Program-made: the position numbers and the translations under genes
Part shown: one piece after another, positions 51,833 to 64,000 of the stretch
Layout of the letters: each line of letters begins with the position of its first letter
Position numbering within the stretch: the first letter of the stretch is position 1
The notes under the pieces: model-generated
What the model saw: only the letters and a program-made list of their open reading frames with translations
The model's database searches: none
What the model was told of the DNA's origin: nothing
NCBI GenBank assembly: GCA_951406725.2
Contig: OX597836.1
Span: forward strand, 44,950,001 to 45,014,000
DNA from: Octopus vulgaris
Taxonomy: Eukaryota
Direction: 5' to 3'
DNA length: 64,000 nt

Positions 51833-53867
51833 GTACATTTCATGTAATGTGTCTGATAATTAAATCAAGGGTGGGACTAGATTTAAATGGCTTTTTTTTC
51901 CCAAATACTTATGGTTTGTGACTAAATTAGTCAATGACCATTTCCAGTAGAAATTCAAAGCCTGAGAATCTTTCCAGAACATACTCTACGAGGAAAACAT
52001 TAAAAGAATTATGCTGAGCCAGAGAAAGAGAGCCTCTACGCGGTTGACAGATTTGCTAGAAATAGCAGCCACGTACCTTTGCTATCGTAAGGAGTAGAGG
52101 GGTATATTACATAATGTAGATTGCCCCCTACAAAAGGTCTCGGTTGGAATGTCCGACCTAACGTCTGCTCGATCAGACTGACCTAAGGTTAATCATTATA
52201 TTATACACACACATTAAATATTTTTAACTTCGATATAGATTTTGTCAATATGGATGGAGATATGTTAATTTAAAATACATCAACATTGGTATACAATTAG
52301 TGGAAACCATGACTATCACGTCTCATATTGAGACAACCTATCTAATACTATATCATTATCCAATGTCTTTTACAATAAACTCCGATGTGATTTGAGGGTC
52401 ATTTGGCTGTTGTTTCTAGCAGATGGCCTTAACGGAAAGAAGGTGAAACCAGATACGTTGGTTTGTTGGTTTAGACGAGACAAGACTTCTTTTCATAACC
52501 TGTAAGGCCTCCTTCGTCAGTTGCTATATCATATTGTATGTATATAGCTGTTAGATATTCTCATGTTAAATCTAGTAGAATTCCATTCAATTCCAAGGAG
52601 TTTTCCAGGAAATATTAGATCCATGGTGGAGCACTACTAACGTTTGGCGAACCCAATTTCAATTTTATTTGGTTTCATTATTGGAAATTTTGAATATTTA
52701 AAAGGTGTTTCGTTATTTACTGACAATTTCAAAAGACTTTATTTACAAAAAGTATAAACATGTCACTACATGTGATATAAAATGTCAGCAAATTCTTCAG
52801 ATCCATTCTATCCAATAATTCTCATCATGCAAATTCCTCCAAAAATTCCTTCAGCAACAATTGTAAACAGAAAAAAGTTCAAGATGTAGTTTGAATAATT
52901 AAGCAAATAAGTCAAGAAAATTAGCGATAATACTTCCAATAATGTGGGGAATAATTGGGACCGCTGAAAGTCAATAGCGAGTCCAGGATTTCCTGCTCTT
53001 TCAATGGTATTGACCACCAAGGGATAAAAGAGAGGAATGTGAAATTTGAGATGGTTCTGGTCGTCCTAATTAACTAACACAGTTGTGAGGTAACAAAGTG
53101 GGGTACACTTGTGTAGGGGTACAATTCTGTAGACATGCCTACCCATCACCGGTATTTAAAGCGCCACCCCAGGGAAGTTCAAATATACAAAAGGAGAGAC
53201 CTAGGTGAAATTAGAACTTAAAAATGTAAAAGGATCCAACAGAAAGTAGCGTATGATCCCGTTTAGCCCCACCAGTAGAGCCCTTGGGTTCCTTTACTGT
53301 TTAGGGGACTGGGGCCAGGTGTCCAGTCTGAGGTTAACTTCTTCCGATCTACACAAGACACCCCTAAGAAGTGAGTCATGGGTGTTGGCCTTCCTATAGT
53401 GATTTAACCCATTAAATATATTCCATCTTGCGCTTTATATAGACTGTTCATCGCCATAGTTTCTTGCTCTGGCACCGTAAGAACATAAATTACGAGGTCT
53501 GGGGTGATTTAGTCGGTTCTAAAACATGGCTGGTGATTAATTTTTATCGATCCTGGAAGGATAAAAGGCAAAAATGAAACGACATGAATTAAACAAGGCC
53601 AAGAATCGCCGTAAAGGATTTTTAAGTCCAGCAGTCTACCATTTCTGCTAATTCTGTCAAATATGATTCCATCTTCCTAGCCATTACCATTAATATGATT
53701 ATTATTATTCCCTCGATATTCCTTGTAACTATGTCCATCCTAAGACATTAGATAGATTATTCCTTAAGCCATATGTTGTTCTTTAGAATTCGGTTCATGG
53801 GTTCAAATTTAGATGGGTTTTTACCTATTTCCGGCGACTAAGTGGGGACAGATCGATCAGTGTGTGT

Positions 53868-54070
53868 ATATATATATGTATATATATTATATATATACAC
53901 CACTTGTATATATTATAGATATATACACCACTATGATGTGAAAGTCTATATATGTATATATATTATATATATACACCACTATGATGTAAAAGTCTATATA
54001 TGTATATATATTATATATATACACCACTTGTATATATTATATATATACACCACTATGATGTGAAAGTCTA
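53868..54070. repeat. AT-rich minisatellite (atatacaccactatgatgtgaaagtcta units)
   Basis: 3-5 imperfect copies visible. Confidence 0.8.
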
Positions 54071-54326
54071 TGGTTATGAAATAGTAAGGAAATATACATG
54101 AAGAGAATTCCTGGGTGGTGGTCAGTGGAGAAATACTCAAAGGTGACCCATCTACAAAATCCTGTTAAATAATCCTAACGTTCGTGGGGAGTGAAATAAT
54201 AATAAGCTCCCAGATATCAAATGCCAAACTGTGAAAAGGGTTCTGACGAGCTCAAAGCTGGCGGCAGGGTTTCAATTCCTGGTGGAAGCCATCTTCAGTT
54301 CAATTTCATTTGTCTCTCTTTTTCCT

Positions 54327-54363
<37 letters not shown>

Positions 54364-54432
54364 AATCTGAATATTTAACAAAATGAGACATCCACAGTTT
54401 AATTAAACAAGAAAGCAAAGAGATATACTCAC

Positions 54433-54446
54433 TGATCGGCTGTCAT
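54433..54446 (-). CDS. DNAJC7: DNAJC7 probable first coding segment (ATG ACA GCC GAT CA = MTAD Q/)
   Basis: Minus strand reads aataATGACAGCCGATCA|gtgagtat. The strong donor is phase 2, matching the phase-2 start of the 37106-37212 exon and giving MTADQKEATADIAERKKEEGN. No homology support for such a short N-terminus. Confidence 0.6.
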
Positions 54447-54744
54447 TATTTGTTTCTTGGTAAAAAGAGAACAAATAAAATGTCTTTTTTTTTTGTTGTT
54501 TTTGTGGCTGTCTTTTTTGTGTTTTTTTTTTTTTTGGTTTGTTCGTTACATACAAAAAACAAAATAAACTTATTCGATGCTGTTTCTTTCCTCCTCGAAA
54601 AAAAAAAGAAGATAAATACTAAGGTTCTTACAGACAGAACCACACCACTCGAGACACACCAACTGTTTCAGTCAGACATAGTCAAAAAAAATTTTACTGA
54701 ATAGAAATGAAATAAGGATTTAATGGCGGCGACCGTCACTGTGG

Positions 54745-55430
54745 GCTGCTGCTGATGAACGGGATTGCTATTTATACTGGCTGCTGCTGATTAGTGTTTG
54801 AACCAGCGGCTGCTGCTGATTACTGCTGCTTTCTCCGGTTGATGGTAGTAGTGATGGTGATGATGGTGATTGTGAAGGTGCTGCTGCTGATTACTGCTTT
54901 GTCTGGCTGATAGTGATAGTGGTGATGATGATGATGGTAGTGAAGGCGCTGCTGCTGATTACTGCTCTCTCTGGTTGATAATGATGATGATTATGATGAT
55001 GGTGATAGTGAAGGCGCTGCTGCTGATTACTGCTTTCTCTGGCTGATAGTAATAGTGGTGATGATGATGATAGTGAAAGTGCTGCTGCTGATTACTGCTT
55101 TCTCTGGTTGATAGTGATAGTGATGATGATAGTGATGATAGTGAAGGTGCTGCTGCTGATTACTACTTTCTCTGGTTGATTGTGATGATGATGATGATAG
55201 TGAAGGCGCTGCTGCTGATTAGTGCTTTCTCTGGTTGATAGTGATAATGATGATGATAGTGATGATAGTGAAGGCGCTGCTGCTGATTAATGCTTTCTCT
55301 GGTTGATGGTAGTGGTATTAGTTATAACTGTGATACTGATGCTGCTTATGATGATGATGATCATTAACGAGTTGCTGCTACTGATGATTATAATTCTTGA
55401 ATTGGTTGATGATGATGATGATGATGCTTC
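54745..55430. repeat. Compound minisatellite, ~60-70-bp unit: gctgctgctgattactgctttctctggttga(tag/tga)n-aggc
   Basis: About 8 units with a variable trinucleotide tract; one measured period is 68 bp. Confidence 0.9.
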
Positions 55431-55949
55431 CTTTGTGATAATAATGGTCTTTTTAGTGTCATATGGTCGTTTCTGATTGGTGTTGGTGCCTGCTCATCGG
55501 TAGACAGTTCAAGACAGCTCCAGCTGGTGGTGGAGGAAGTTCTATTTGCTTCTGCATCCGATGGTGGAGGTACATCATTGATGGCTTTTATCCGATGGTG
55601 GAGGAACTGATTGCTGGCTTATATAATTCCGGTAGTTACAGAGGAGTTCTGTTAGTTCCTGGTCACTCCAGATTAAGCAGACTTATAATCAAATGTATTC
55701 CGGCCACGACCAATCCCACCATTTATTAATACAACGTCAATATTCTTAACATATGTAATATGAGTGATGACTGGCTGTTATTTCTAGCAGTTTCTGATGT
55801 CTGCTGTTGGAGGCTTTAATGGTTTACGGGTGGCGGTTGCGTGATAGTGTAGTAAATGGCGGAAAGTAAGACAACGATGGATTTTATTATTTAATGTTGG
55901 TTTTACAGTGGTTGTAGAGACTAGTATAGAGAGAGATATAGTAATGGTG

Positions 55950-56600
55950 AGGTGAGGATTGACCAAACCTATACCGGGGGTTCGGCGATCGCAGGGTGGA
56001 ATCGATAACCTTACAGTAAGGTGGTGGTGGTGGTGGTGGCGGCGGCGACAGTGTTGAGTGACGTAAATCGCGGCATCGCTAACGTCAACAGAATTGCGTA
56101 AATATTTATGGTGGGGGTTTTTAGCGGGGGATGTTGTTGTTTAGCCCCGAATCTGACGGTAGGGGGTGTGGATTTGAGGAACGTCTGGCTGCTATTTCTG
56201 GCAAGTCGATCGACCACGTAAGGGCTTGCTCCCGTTAATTATAAAAGCTCCTGATCGTGAAAGTGATTTGGGTCGTAGTAATAATAATCGAATAATAATT
56301 TCCCCCCTTTTTTTTTGTACCTTTTATAAAGTGAATTTCGGGGGTGACTCAAAAAATCGAATGTCTGAGATATCCCATTTTAACATACAGAAACGGAAGT
56401 AAAATTTTCAGGACATTATATCGAATGGTCTCCGTTTTAAGTACATACATATACCACCGCGTTACAGAAACTCTGGTTACGCAGTTCCAAACTTACGGAA
56501 ATTGTAAAGTAAACTAATTTCGAATTACCGCCTGTAACTTCGCTCTTACGGAAACCCAGATAGATTTCGGAGCAGTTTTAAAAACTAAATTCACGATCTG
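55950..56600. promoter_or_regulatory. CpG-rich putative promoter region of DNAJC7
   Basis: Non-repetitive, CpG-enriched segment upstream of the first coding exon; ETS-like CGGAAGT at ~56394 and CRE-like TGACGTAA at ~56059. Confidence 0.4.
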
Positions 56601-56984
56601 TATATGAGCTTTCTTCGTGTCTAAAATATATTTGGTGTGAATTTTAATACAACCGGTTGCTTCTCCCGCTATTTTCCGTCTCCGTTCCCCCCCCCTGCAC
56701 TTTTTACTGCATACAACCTAGCAATCCAATTGTTTAAATTTTGCTCTCTCTCTCTTACCCCTACCTTATTTTTCAATGCATTCAACAATCTTGTTGACAA
56801 CTTCCCTATCCCTTCTGCCAAACCAGTTCCTACGTGTACCAATTCAACTGTTTGTCCTTGCTCTCAGCATAACTCGTTTTGTTATTTTTGTTACTAACTA
56901 TAACCATACAGTACTTCACCCAAAAAGTCCTTTCTTCCCGTCCATACCTTTCGTTTTCTTATTTACACTATTACATCCAAAGTA

Positions 56985-57330
56985 AGGCGGCCTGCAGGCA
57001 GAATCGGTAGCACGCCAGGCAAAATATTTAGCGACATTTTGTCCGTCCTTATCCTCTGAGTTCAAATTCCACCAAGGTCGACTTTACCTTTCATCCTTTC
57101 GGCGTCGATAAATTAAAATACCTATTTCTTTACTACCCACAGAGAGAACAAACAAGGACGGACAAACGGATTAAGTCGATTATATCGTCCCAGTGCGTAA
57201 CTGGTACTTATTTAATCGACCCCGAAAGGATGAAAGGCAAAGTTGACCTCGGCGGAATTTGAACTCAGAACGTAACGGCAGACGAAATACTGCTACGCAT
57301 TTCGCCCGGCGTGCTAGCGATTCTGCCACA
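56985..57330. mobile_element. Tail-to-tail pair of SINE family C copies
   Basis: + partial copy 56985-57112 abuts a - copy 57117-57330. Confidence 0.8.
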
Positions 57331-57478
57331 GTGAAACGCTAGTCCCCTCCCCCAAAATTTCAGGTCTTGTGCTTCTAGAAAGGATCATTACATCCAAAGT
57401 CCATAAGACGCTGAACATCACTACTTTCCCTAGATTCTGGTATCCTATTTTGGTGTGAATTTCTTCTCCCCCTCTCTC

Positions 57479-57896
57479 AGATCTTTTCGGTTTGAACGGC
57501 ATTTTTTTCTAGCGGTGTCATATGAAATTGTCACCCATAATTATGACCCTAGTATCGATCTATTGCATTTCAATCTATTTTAGGGTTAGTTAGGGGTGGG
57601 GGGAAGGGTATCTTTTTTTTCTTCAGAAATGTAAATAAACCCAATCTGTTTCTTAAACGAGGGACATATTCATACGGCACAGAATGTTTTTTTACCTCAA
57701 TAGACGTCATTGATTGGTTGAAATTGCAGAAATTGAAGAAAAAACAACAACAAACATCTTACAAACCATTGAATTTTCTCAATAAAGCCAAGAGAAAAAG
57801 ATGTTTTATAAACACATTCTACCAGTATACGAAGTTTAAAATTTTTTAGTTACCTAGAAATTATGTTAAAAACTGCCGTTCAAACCGAAAAGATCC
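57479..57896. mobile_element. MITE M1, inverted orientation, no TSD
   Basis: TIRs intact but the flanks differ. Confidence 0.88.
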
Positions 57897-58440
57897 TTGA
57901 ATTCAATCTATCCAAGGACTGCATCAAGCTATAATGTCTAATTTTGGCCCGAGTTTTAAGGCCGGGTGCCCTTCCTAACTTTACATCCACTTTACAGCTT
58001 GGACTTACATTACGCAAAATATTTTTGTAGATGGTTAAAAGTAAAATAAACCTCAAAATACAGAAAAAAGACTGGCAACAAACCCCAAAGCAAATAGTAA
58101 AAGCCTGTACTAATGGTTCTCACCTGGGGTCCATATAAGATTTTGTTGTTAAAATTTAAGTGCCATAAACTGGTTATATTTCTATAATATACAAAATATT
58201 TAAACATTTTTTTTTTATTCTCCTACTTGTTTCAGTCATTTGACTGCAGCCATACAGGAGCATTGCCTTGAATAGTTTCAGTCAAACAAATTGACCCTAG
58301 GACTTATTTTTTAAGCCTACTACTTTTTCTATTGATCTCTTTTGCCAAACTGCTAAGTTACAGGGATGTAAAAGGACCAACACTAGTTGTCAAGCAGTGA
58401 TGCAAGGACAAAGACATGTGCACACACACACACACACATA

Positions 58441-58868
58441 TAATCTGCAATGTTATATGGTAGTGAAACATGGGCTACCACAAAGAGAGAAGAGCAGAGA
58501 CTGGTAATGGCTCAAAGAGCGATGGAAAGGTCAATGCTTGGTATCTAGAGAGAGTACATCAGAAGCGAGAGTACATCAGAAAGAAGTCTGGCATGAAGTA
58601 TGTCATCGCAGAGTATACACGCAGCAAGTTTAGATGGGCTGGACAAGTCGCCTGGCTCACCGATAATCGGTGGACCCGTGCAGTTGTCGAGTGGTACCCG
58701 CACGAGCGGAAACGACCACCCGGAAGACCTCCACGACGGTGGAGTTACAATTTCAGGAGGACGATTGGGATCACGTGGATGAGAAAGGCGTGATCCAGAG
58801 AGGAGTGGACAGCGTGCTGTGGCCAGCGGTGTCAAATGGACGCCTGACGGACTGGTCAGTCAAGGTGA
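58441..58868 (+). mobile_element. RTE-clade LINE 3' fragment (second family)
   Basis: MLYGSETW...KFRWAGQVAWLTDNRWTRAVVEWYPHERKRPPGRPPRRW. Confidence 0.85.
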
Positions 58869-58884
58869 TATATATATACACACA

Positions 58885-59075
58885 CATCATCATCATCATT
58901 GTTCGACCATGGTCGAGACAATGGAATTTACCATGCTACGCCAGACTTCACGGTCCATCATAGCATTACAGAGGTCTTGTTGCTGGATGCCTGTATCCCT
59001 GGAGATTACATCAGGGTAGGAGAGTGTGCGCCCTCTGGTATTGCGAGTAGATGGCTTCCAGAGGAGAAGAGGAGA
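58885..59075 (-). mobile_element. RTE-like LINE extreme 3' end (third family)
   Basis: LLLWKP..RGRTLSYPDVISRDTG..DLCNAMMDREVWRSMV, then a (gat)n tail. Confidence 0.75.
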
Positions 59076-59521
59076 AATTACACACACACATACACACAAT
59101 GGGCTTCTTTCAGTTTCCATCTACCAAATCGAATTTCAAGGATTTGGTCAGCCCAAGACTAGTAGAAGATACTTGCCCAAAGTGCTATGCAATGGGATTG
59201 AACCCAGAACCATGTGGTTGGGAAACAAACTTTTTACTGCACAGCCACATTTGCACCTATTGTTTTTAATCCACAATTCCTTATTTAATATAATAGGAGT
59301 TTTTAGACATTGATTGACTCTGAGAGTCCACCCCTGAATAAAATAGGAATCAAAAGGGTCCATAGACAAAAAACAGTTAAGAAACACTGGTCCATACTGA
59401 GTACTTACTATCATAAACATTGCTAACAATATCAACTTTACATTTCACAATACTCACTCTAAACATATAAAATAAGAAAACAGTTTAAACACTTTTCCTG
59501 AATTAACCACAAAATAATCAC

Positions 59522-60860
59522 AAGGGAGAGAGTCTGTGTAGATGAGATGCAGTTTGGTCTTGTGTCTGGTAGAAGCACCACTGATGCTATATTCCTGGTG
59601 TGGCAACTGCAGGAGAAATACCTAACTAAAGATAAACCCCTATACTTAGCTTTTATGGACTTGGAGAAAGCCTTTGACAGTGTCCCCCGATCCCTTAACT
59701 GGTGGGCGATGCAGAAACTGGAGATTGATGAATGGTTAATAAGGGCTGTACAGGCCCTATACAGAGAGGCCGTTAGTAAGGTTAGGATTGGCAATGAGTA
59801 TAGTGAAGAATTCCAGGTAGAAGTAGGGGTCCACCAAGGATCAGCCCTCAGTTCCCTTTTATTCATCATAGTCCTCCAGACAATAACAGAGGAATTCAAG
59901 ACAGGTTGCCCCTGGGAGATCCTCTATGCTGATGACCTGGCCCTCATAGCAGAATCACTACCGGAACTAGAAAAGAAATTTTAGGTGAGGAAGCAAGGTT
60001 TAGAATCGAAAGGCCTTAGAGTCAATGTTGCAAAGACCAAAGTTCTAGTAAGTATGAAGGCGAACACATCACCCCCCCCCTCATGTGGGTGGCTCTACTC
60101 GATCTGTAGAAGAGGTGTAGGTAGAAACTCCATAAGATGTACCCAGTGTAAGCTATAGACACATAAGAGGTGCAGCAACATCAAAGGAAGATTAACCGGG
60201 AAGATAGCTTTCATGTGCAGCAGATGCACAGGGGCAATAAACACCACAGATACTCAGAAAACAGATTCCATCACACTCCAGATTGTGAAACTAGAAGTAG
60301 TTGATAGCTTCCATTACCTAGGTGACCAAGTTAGTAGTGGAGGTGGATGCTCAGGGAGTGTTACCACTAGAATAAGAATAGCCTGGGCAAAGTTTAGAAA
60401 GCTTCTACCCCTATTGGTGACAAAGGGCCTCTCACTCAGAGTGAAAGGTAGATTGTAAGATGCATGTGTGCAAACTGCCATGCTTCACGACAGTGAAACA
60501 TGGGCCATGACTGCGGAAGACTTGCATAGGCTCGAGAGAAATGAAGCTAGCATGATCTGCTGGATGTGTAACGTCAGTGTGCACACACAACAGTGTAAGC
60601 GCCCTGAGAGAAATGTTGGACATAAGAAGCACCGGATGTGGCATGCAAGAGAGACGTTTGTGCTGGATGGACGAGGAGAGATGTGTGAAGAAGTGCCACT
60701 CCCAAACAGTTGAAAGAATTCTGGGTAGAGGTAGACCCTGGAAGACATGGGTGAGGTGGAGAAGCATGACCTTCAAACATTGGGCTTCACAGAGGCAATG
60801 ACGAAAGACTGAGACCTCTTGAGATATGCTGTGACTGCAAAGACCAAGTAAATAAAGTGA
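59522..60860 (+). mobile_element. RTE-clade LINE reverse transcriptase remnant (disrupted)
   Basis: QFGL..GRSTTDAIF, FMDLEKAFD, GVHQGSALS, LYADDL, V..FHYLG, RI..AW.KF..L; in-frame stops at ~59982 and later. Confidence 0.92.
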
Positions 60861-60949
60861 GTTCACAGCTGTATCCTACACTAGTTTCGCATAACCAGCC
60901 CCAGCCCATTCAAAAGTACCTCGGTTCGTAGGGCGACCTGCTGTGCTTG

Positions 60950-61300
60950 AGACCTATTGAGTCAAGTACATCAACATCAAATGGAAATTGTAGTTATGAT
61001 ACCCATACCGGTGGCACGTAAAAAGCAGCATCTGAACGTGGCCAATACCAGTACTGCCTTGACTGGCTTCTGTGCCGGTGGTATGTAAAAAGCACCAACC
61101 GATCATGGCCGGTGGCATGTAAAAAGCACCCACTACACTCACAGAGTGGTTGGCATTAGGAAGGGCATCCAGCTGCAGAAACACTGCCAGATCAGACTGG
61201 AGCCTGGTGCAGCCTTCTGGCTTCCCAGACCCCAGTCGAATTGTCCAACCCATGCTAGCATGGAAAACGGACGTTAAACGATGATGATGATGATGATGAT
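60950..61300 (+). mobile_element. RTE 3' UTR/tail (probably the end of the 59522 element)
   Basis: Ends aaaacggacgttaaacgatgatgatg. Confidence 0.8.
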
Positions 61301-61491
61301 GTAAAAAGAGAAAATGCAAGATATGTAGTTTCCATTTACACCCTGAGCAATGTTAATCCCAATGCCCTGAAAGAAACCCGCAAAAGGGCCTTTGGTGAGG
61401 CACTGATTTCTAATACAGTAGCAACTGCAGGTGAAGCATTCAAAAGAGCTGCTGTTCAGAAGAAACAGTAAAAGCTTTCTCTTTTGCATGT

Positions 61492-61898
61492 AGGCGCAGG
61501 AGTGGCTGTGTGGTAAGTAGCTTGATTACCAACCACATGGTTCCGGGTTCAGTCCCACTGCGTGACACCTTGGGCGAGTGTCTTCTGCTATAGCCTCGGG
61601 CCGACCAATGCCTTGTGAGTGGATTTGGTAGATGGAAACTGAAAGAAGCCTGTCGTATGTATATATATATATATATGTATGTGTATATGTTTGTGTGTCT
61701 GTGTTTGTTCCCCTAGCATTGCTTGACAACCGATGCTGGTGTGTTTACGTCCCCGTCACTTAGCGGTTCGGCAAAACAGACCGATAGAATAAGTACTGAG
61801 CTTACAAAAGAATAAGTTCCGGGGTCGAGCTGCTCGATTAAAGGCAGTGCTCCAGCATGGCCGCAGTCAAATGACTGAAACAAGTAAAAGAGTAAAGA
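61492..61898 (+). mobile_element. SINE family A
   Basis: Full-length match. Confidence 0.9.
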
Positions 61899-62179
61899 GA
61901 TGTCCACTCTCTGTACAAGCAGTTTGCTATTCACATAACACTTCAGAAGCGTAGAAACCCTAACGAAGGGAAACACTTTATGTTGGCCATAAATAATGCA
62001 ACCTCTTTGATGCTTCATTAACAAGCTACTTAATATATATTAATATATTCAAATGGATATTCTGATGTGTTTTTCTTTACCGTGTCTCTCTTTTGTTTGC
62101 GTTACTTTCACTTAAAAAACCCTGGGACTTTCCCACGCAGAAAGTTTCTTCCTGTACTTATGCGTGCGTGCGTGTATAC

Positions 62180-62515
62180 TCTACTCTTTTCCTCTTTTAA
62201 TTGTTTCTGTCATGGACTGTGGCCATGCTGGAGCACCGCCTTTTAGTCGAGACAATCGACCCCAGGACTTATTCTTTCTAAGCCTAGGACTTATTCTATC
62301 GGTCTCTTTTACCGAACCACTAATTTACGGGGACATAAACACACCAGCATCAGTTGTCAAGCAATGTTGGGGGGACAAACACAGACACACAAACACACAC
62401 ACACACATACGCACTGTGTGTGTACTGTTGGCGATTTTTTTTCCTCCGTCTTCCTTTCTTTGGATCTTTCTTTTTCCTACATTTCTGACGAAGAGTTGTG
62501 TTTCCATGTTTGGAT

Positions 62516-62558
<43 letters not shown>

Positions 62559-62718
62559 ATATATATACATATATACGACGGGCTTCTTTCAGTTTCCGTC
62601 TACCAAATCCACTCACAAGGCTTTGGTCAGCCCGAGGCTATAGTAGAAGACACTTGCCCAAGGTCCCACGCAGAGGGACTGAACCCAGAACCATGTGGTT
62701 GGTAAGCAAGCTACTTAC
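62180..62718 (-). mobile_element. SINE family A with a ~110-bp insert in its microsatellite
   Basis: Family match; foreign segment at ~62410-62520. Confidence 0.85.
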
Positions 62719-63014
62719 CACACAGCCACTCTTGCGCCTTTGGTATGTTATACCAAATTTAAGGTCTAAGCAAGAACTTGATCTATGGAATAGTATTATT
62801 AAAGTGATTTAGGAAAATACGAAAGAATCATTGTAAATTTAGCCAGGTGGATAGAGACAGTTACCACAATAGCACTTGTCCAATATTATAAAACAAGTCT
62901 CATATTTGCTTTGAAAAACCAAAATCCCTAGCTGACATTGACCATTATAGATTTCATCAGTAAATTATGAACTAGACAGAGAATGACCAATAGTTTTGAT
63001 ATTCCAGTAGGGTC

Positions 63015-63242
63015 TCTCTTTTCTCTTTTACTCTTTTACTTGTTTCAGTCATTTGACTGTGGTCATGCTGGAGCACCGCCTTTAGTCAAGCAAATCGACC
63101 CCAGGACTTATTCTTTGTAAGCCTAGTACTTATTCTATCGGTCTCCTTTGCCGAACCACTAAGTTACGAGGACATAAACACACCAGCATCGGTTGTCAAG
63201 CGATGTTGGGGGGACAAACACAGACACACAAAGACATACATG

Positions 63243-63308
<66 letters not shown>

Positions 63309-63480
63309 CATATATATGACTGGCTTCTTTCAGTTTCCATCTACCAAATCCACTCACAAGGCTTTGGTCGGCCCGAGCCTATAGCAGAAGACACTTGCCC
63401 AAAGTGCCACGCAGTGGGACTGAACCTGGAACCATGTGGTTGGTAAGCAAGCTACTTACCACACAGCTACTCCTACGCCT
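63015..63480 (-). mobile_element. SINE family A
   Basis: Full-length match. Confidence 0.9.
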
Positions 63481-64000
63481 AAAAGTCTAATGACTTTTTC
63501 CCATGTAATAGACTTGGGAAATATATTTTGAATACTTTAGATAAGGATTTCCCTATATAAGGCCGATACACTTTTCTCTATCTGCAACTAAAGGAGCAGA
63601 AAAATAGAGCAGTATAGAAAAAGAATTAGAAAAATTTTAACAAAACAGGTCTGTCCATCACCAGTGATAGTAATCTTAGAACAGCTAACATTTTGGATGT
63701 GACACTTGAATAAGATAATGGAGCGTTACATCCATATCATAAAAGCTGAGTAAATTTAGATTATATAAATAGATTCCAACAATAGTGCTTAACTAACTCA
63801 ATGGCAGATAGTGTTTCCTGACACAATATCCACTTACTCCGTTAATAAGGAGATATTCTGTACATATGTGGGATACAATAATGAGGTGCTAAGAAGGGCA
63901 GTGTACAAAGAAAAAATTGGATATATCTTAATATGGGATACACTGAATACAACTTGTAAAATTAGCAAATCACGGAATGGTCTCCAGGATTATGGTAAGA

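Larger units (their letters stand above)
58221..59258 (-). mobile_element. Older SINE family A copy split at its central microsatellite
   Basis: 3' half at 58221-58440 and 5' half at 59085-59258, with two RTE fragments between them. Confidence 0.75.

Noticed and set aside
54446-54643. uORF whose stop overlaps the DNAJC7 ATG (TAATG)
   Set aside because: The ORF starts at GTG and is low-complexity poly-A/T sequence.
54723-54755. + strand ATGGCGGCG as a gene start
   Set aside because: Stops after 10 codons and no downstream + strand exons were found.

Overview
AT-rich, repeat-dense animal genomic DNA. The SINE, MITE and RTE repertoire looks cephalopod, most likely Octopus (inference from recalled repeat families). 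The main feature is a ~50-kb minus-strand spliced gene for the TPR + J-domain co-chaperone DNAJC7. I traced 11 internal exons with consistent phases, one GC-AG intron, and a probable 14-nt first coding segment (MTADQ) at 54433-54446; the last exon(s) appear to lie beyond position 1. Introns and the upstream region hold tRNA-derived SINEs, RTE LINE fragments, Penelope (GIY-YIG) remnants, a mariner remnant, several MITE families with clear target-site duplications, Helentron-like elements, a 135-bp tandem array and several foldback palindromes. The most interesting signal is a set of minimal type I hammerhead-ribozyme-like motifs with a non-canonical but compensated 3:8 core pair (G3:C8 at ~20.9 kb and ~42.9 kb, U3:A8 at ~18.7 kb). 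They sit in short repeats, two of them inside foldbacks. Almost all ORFs in the supplied track are spurious.
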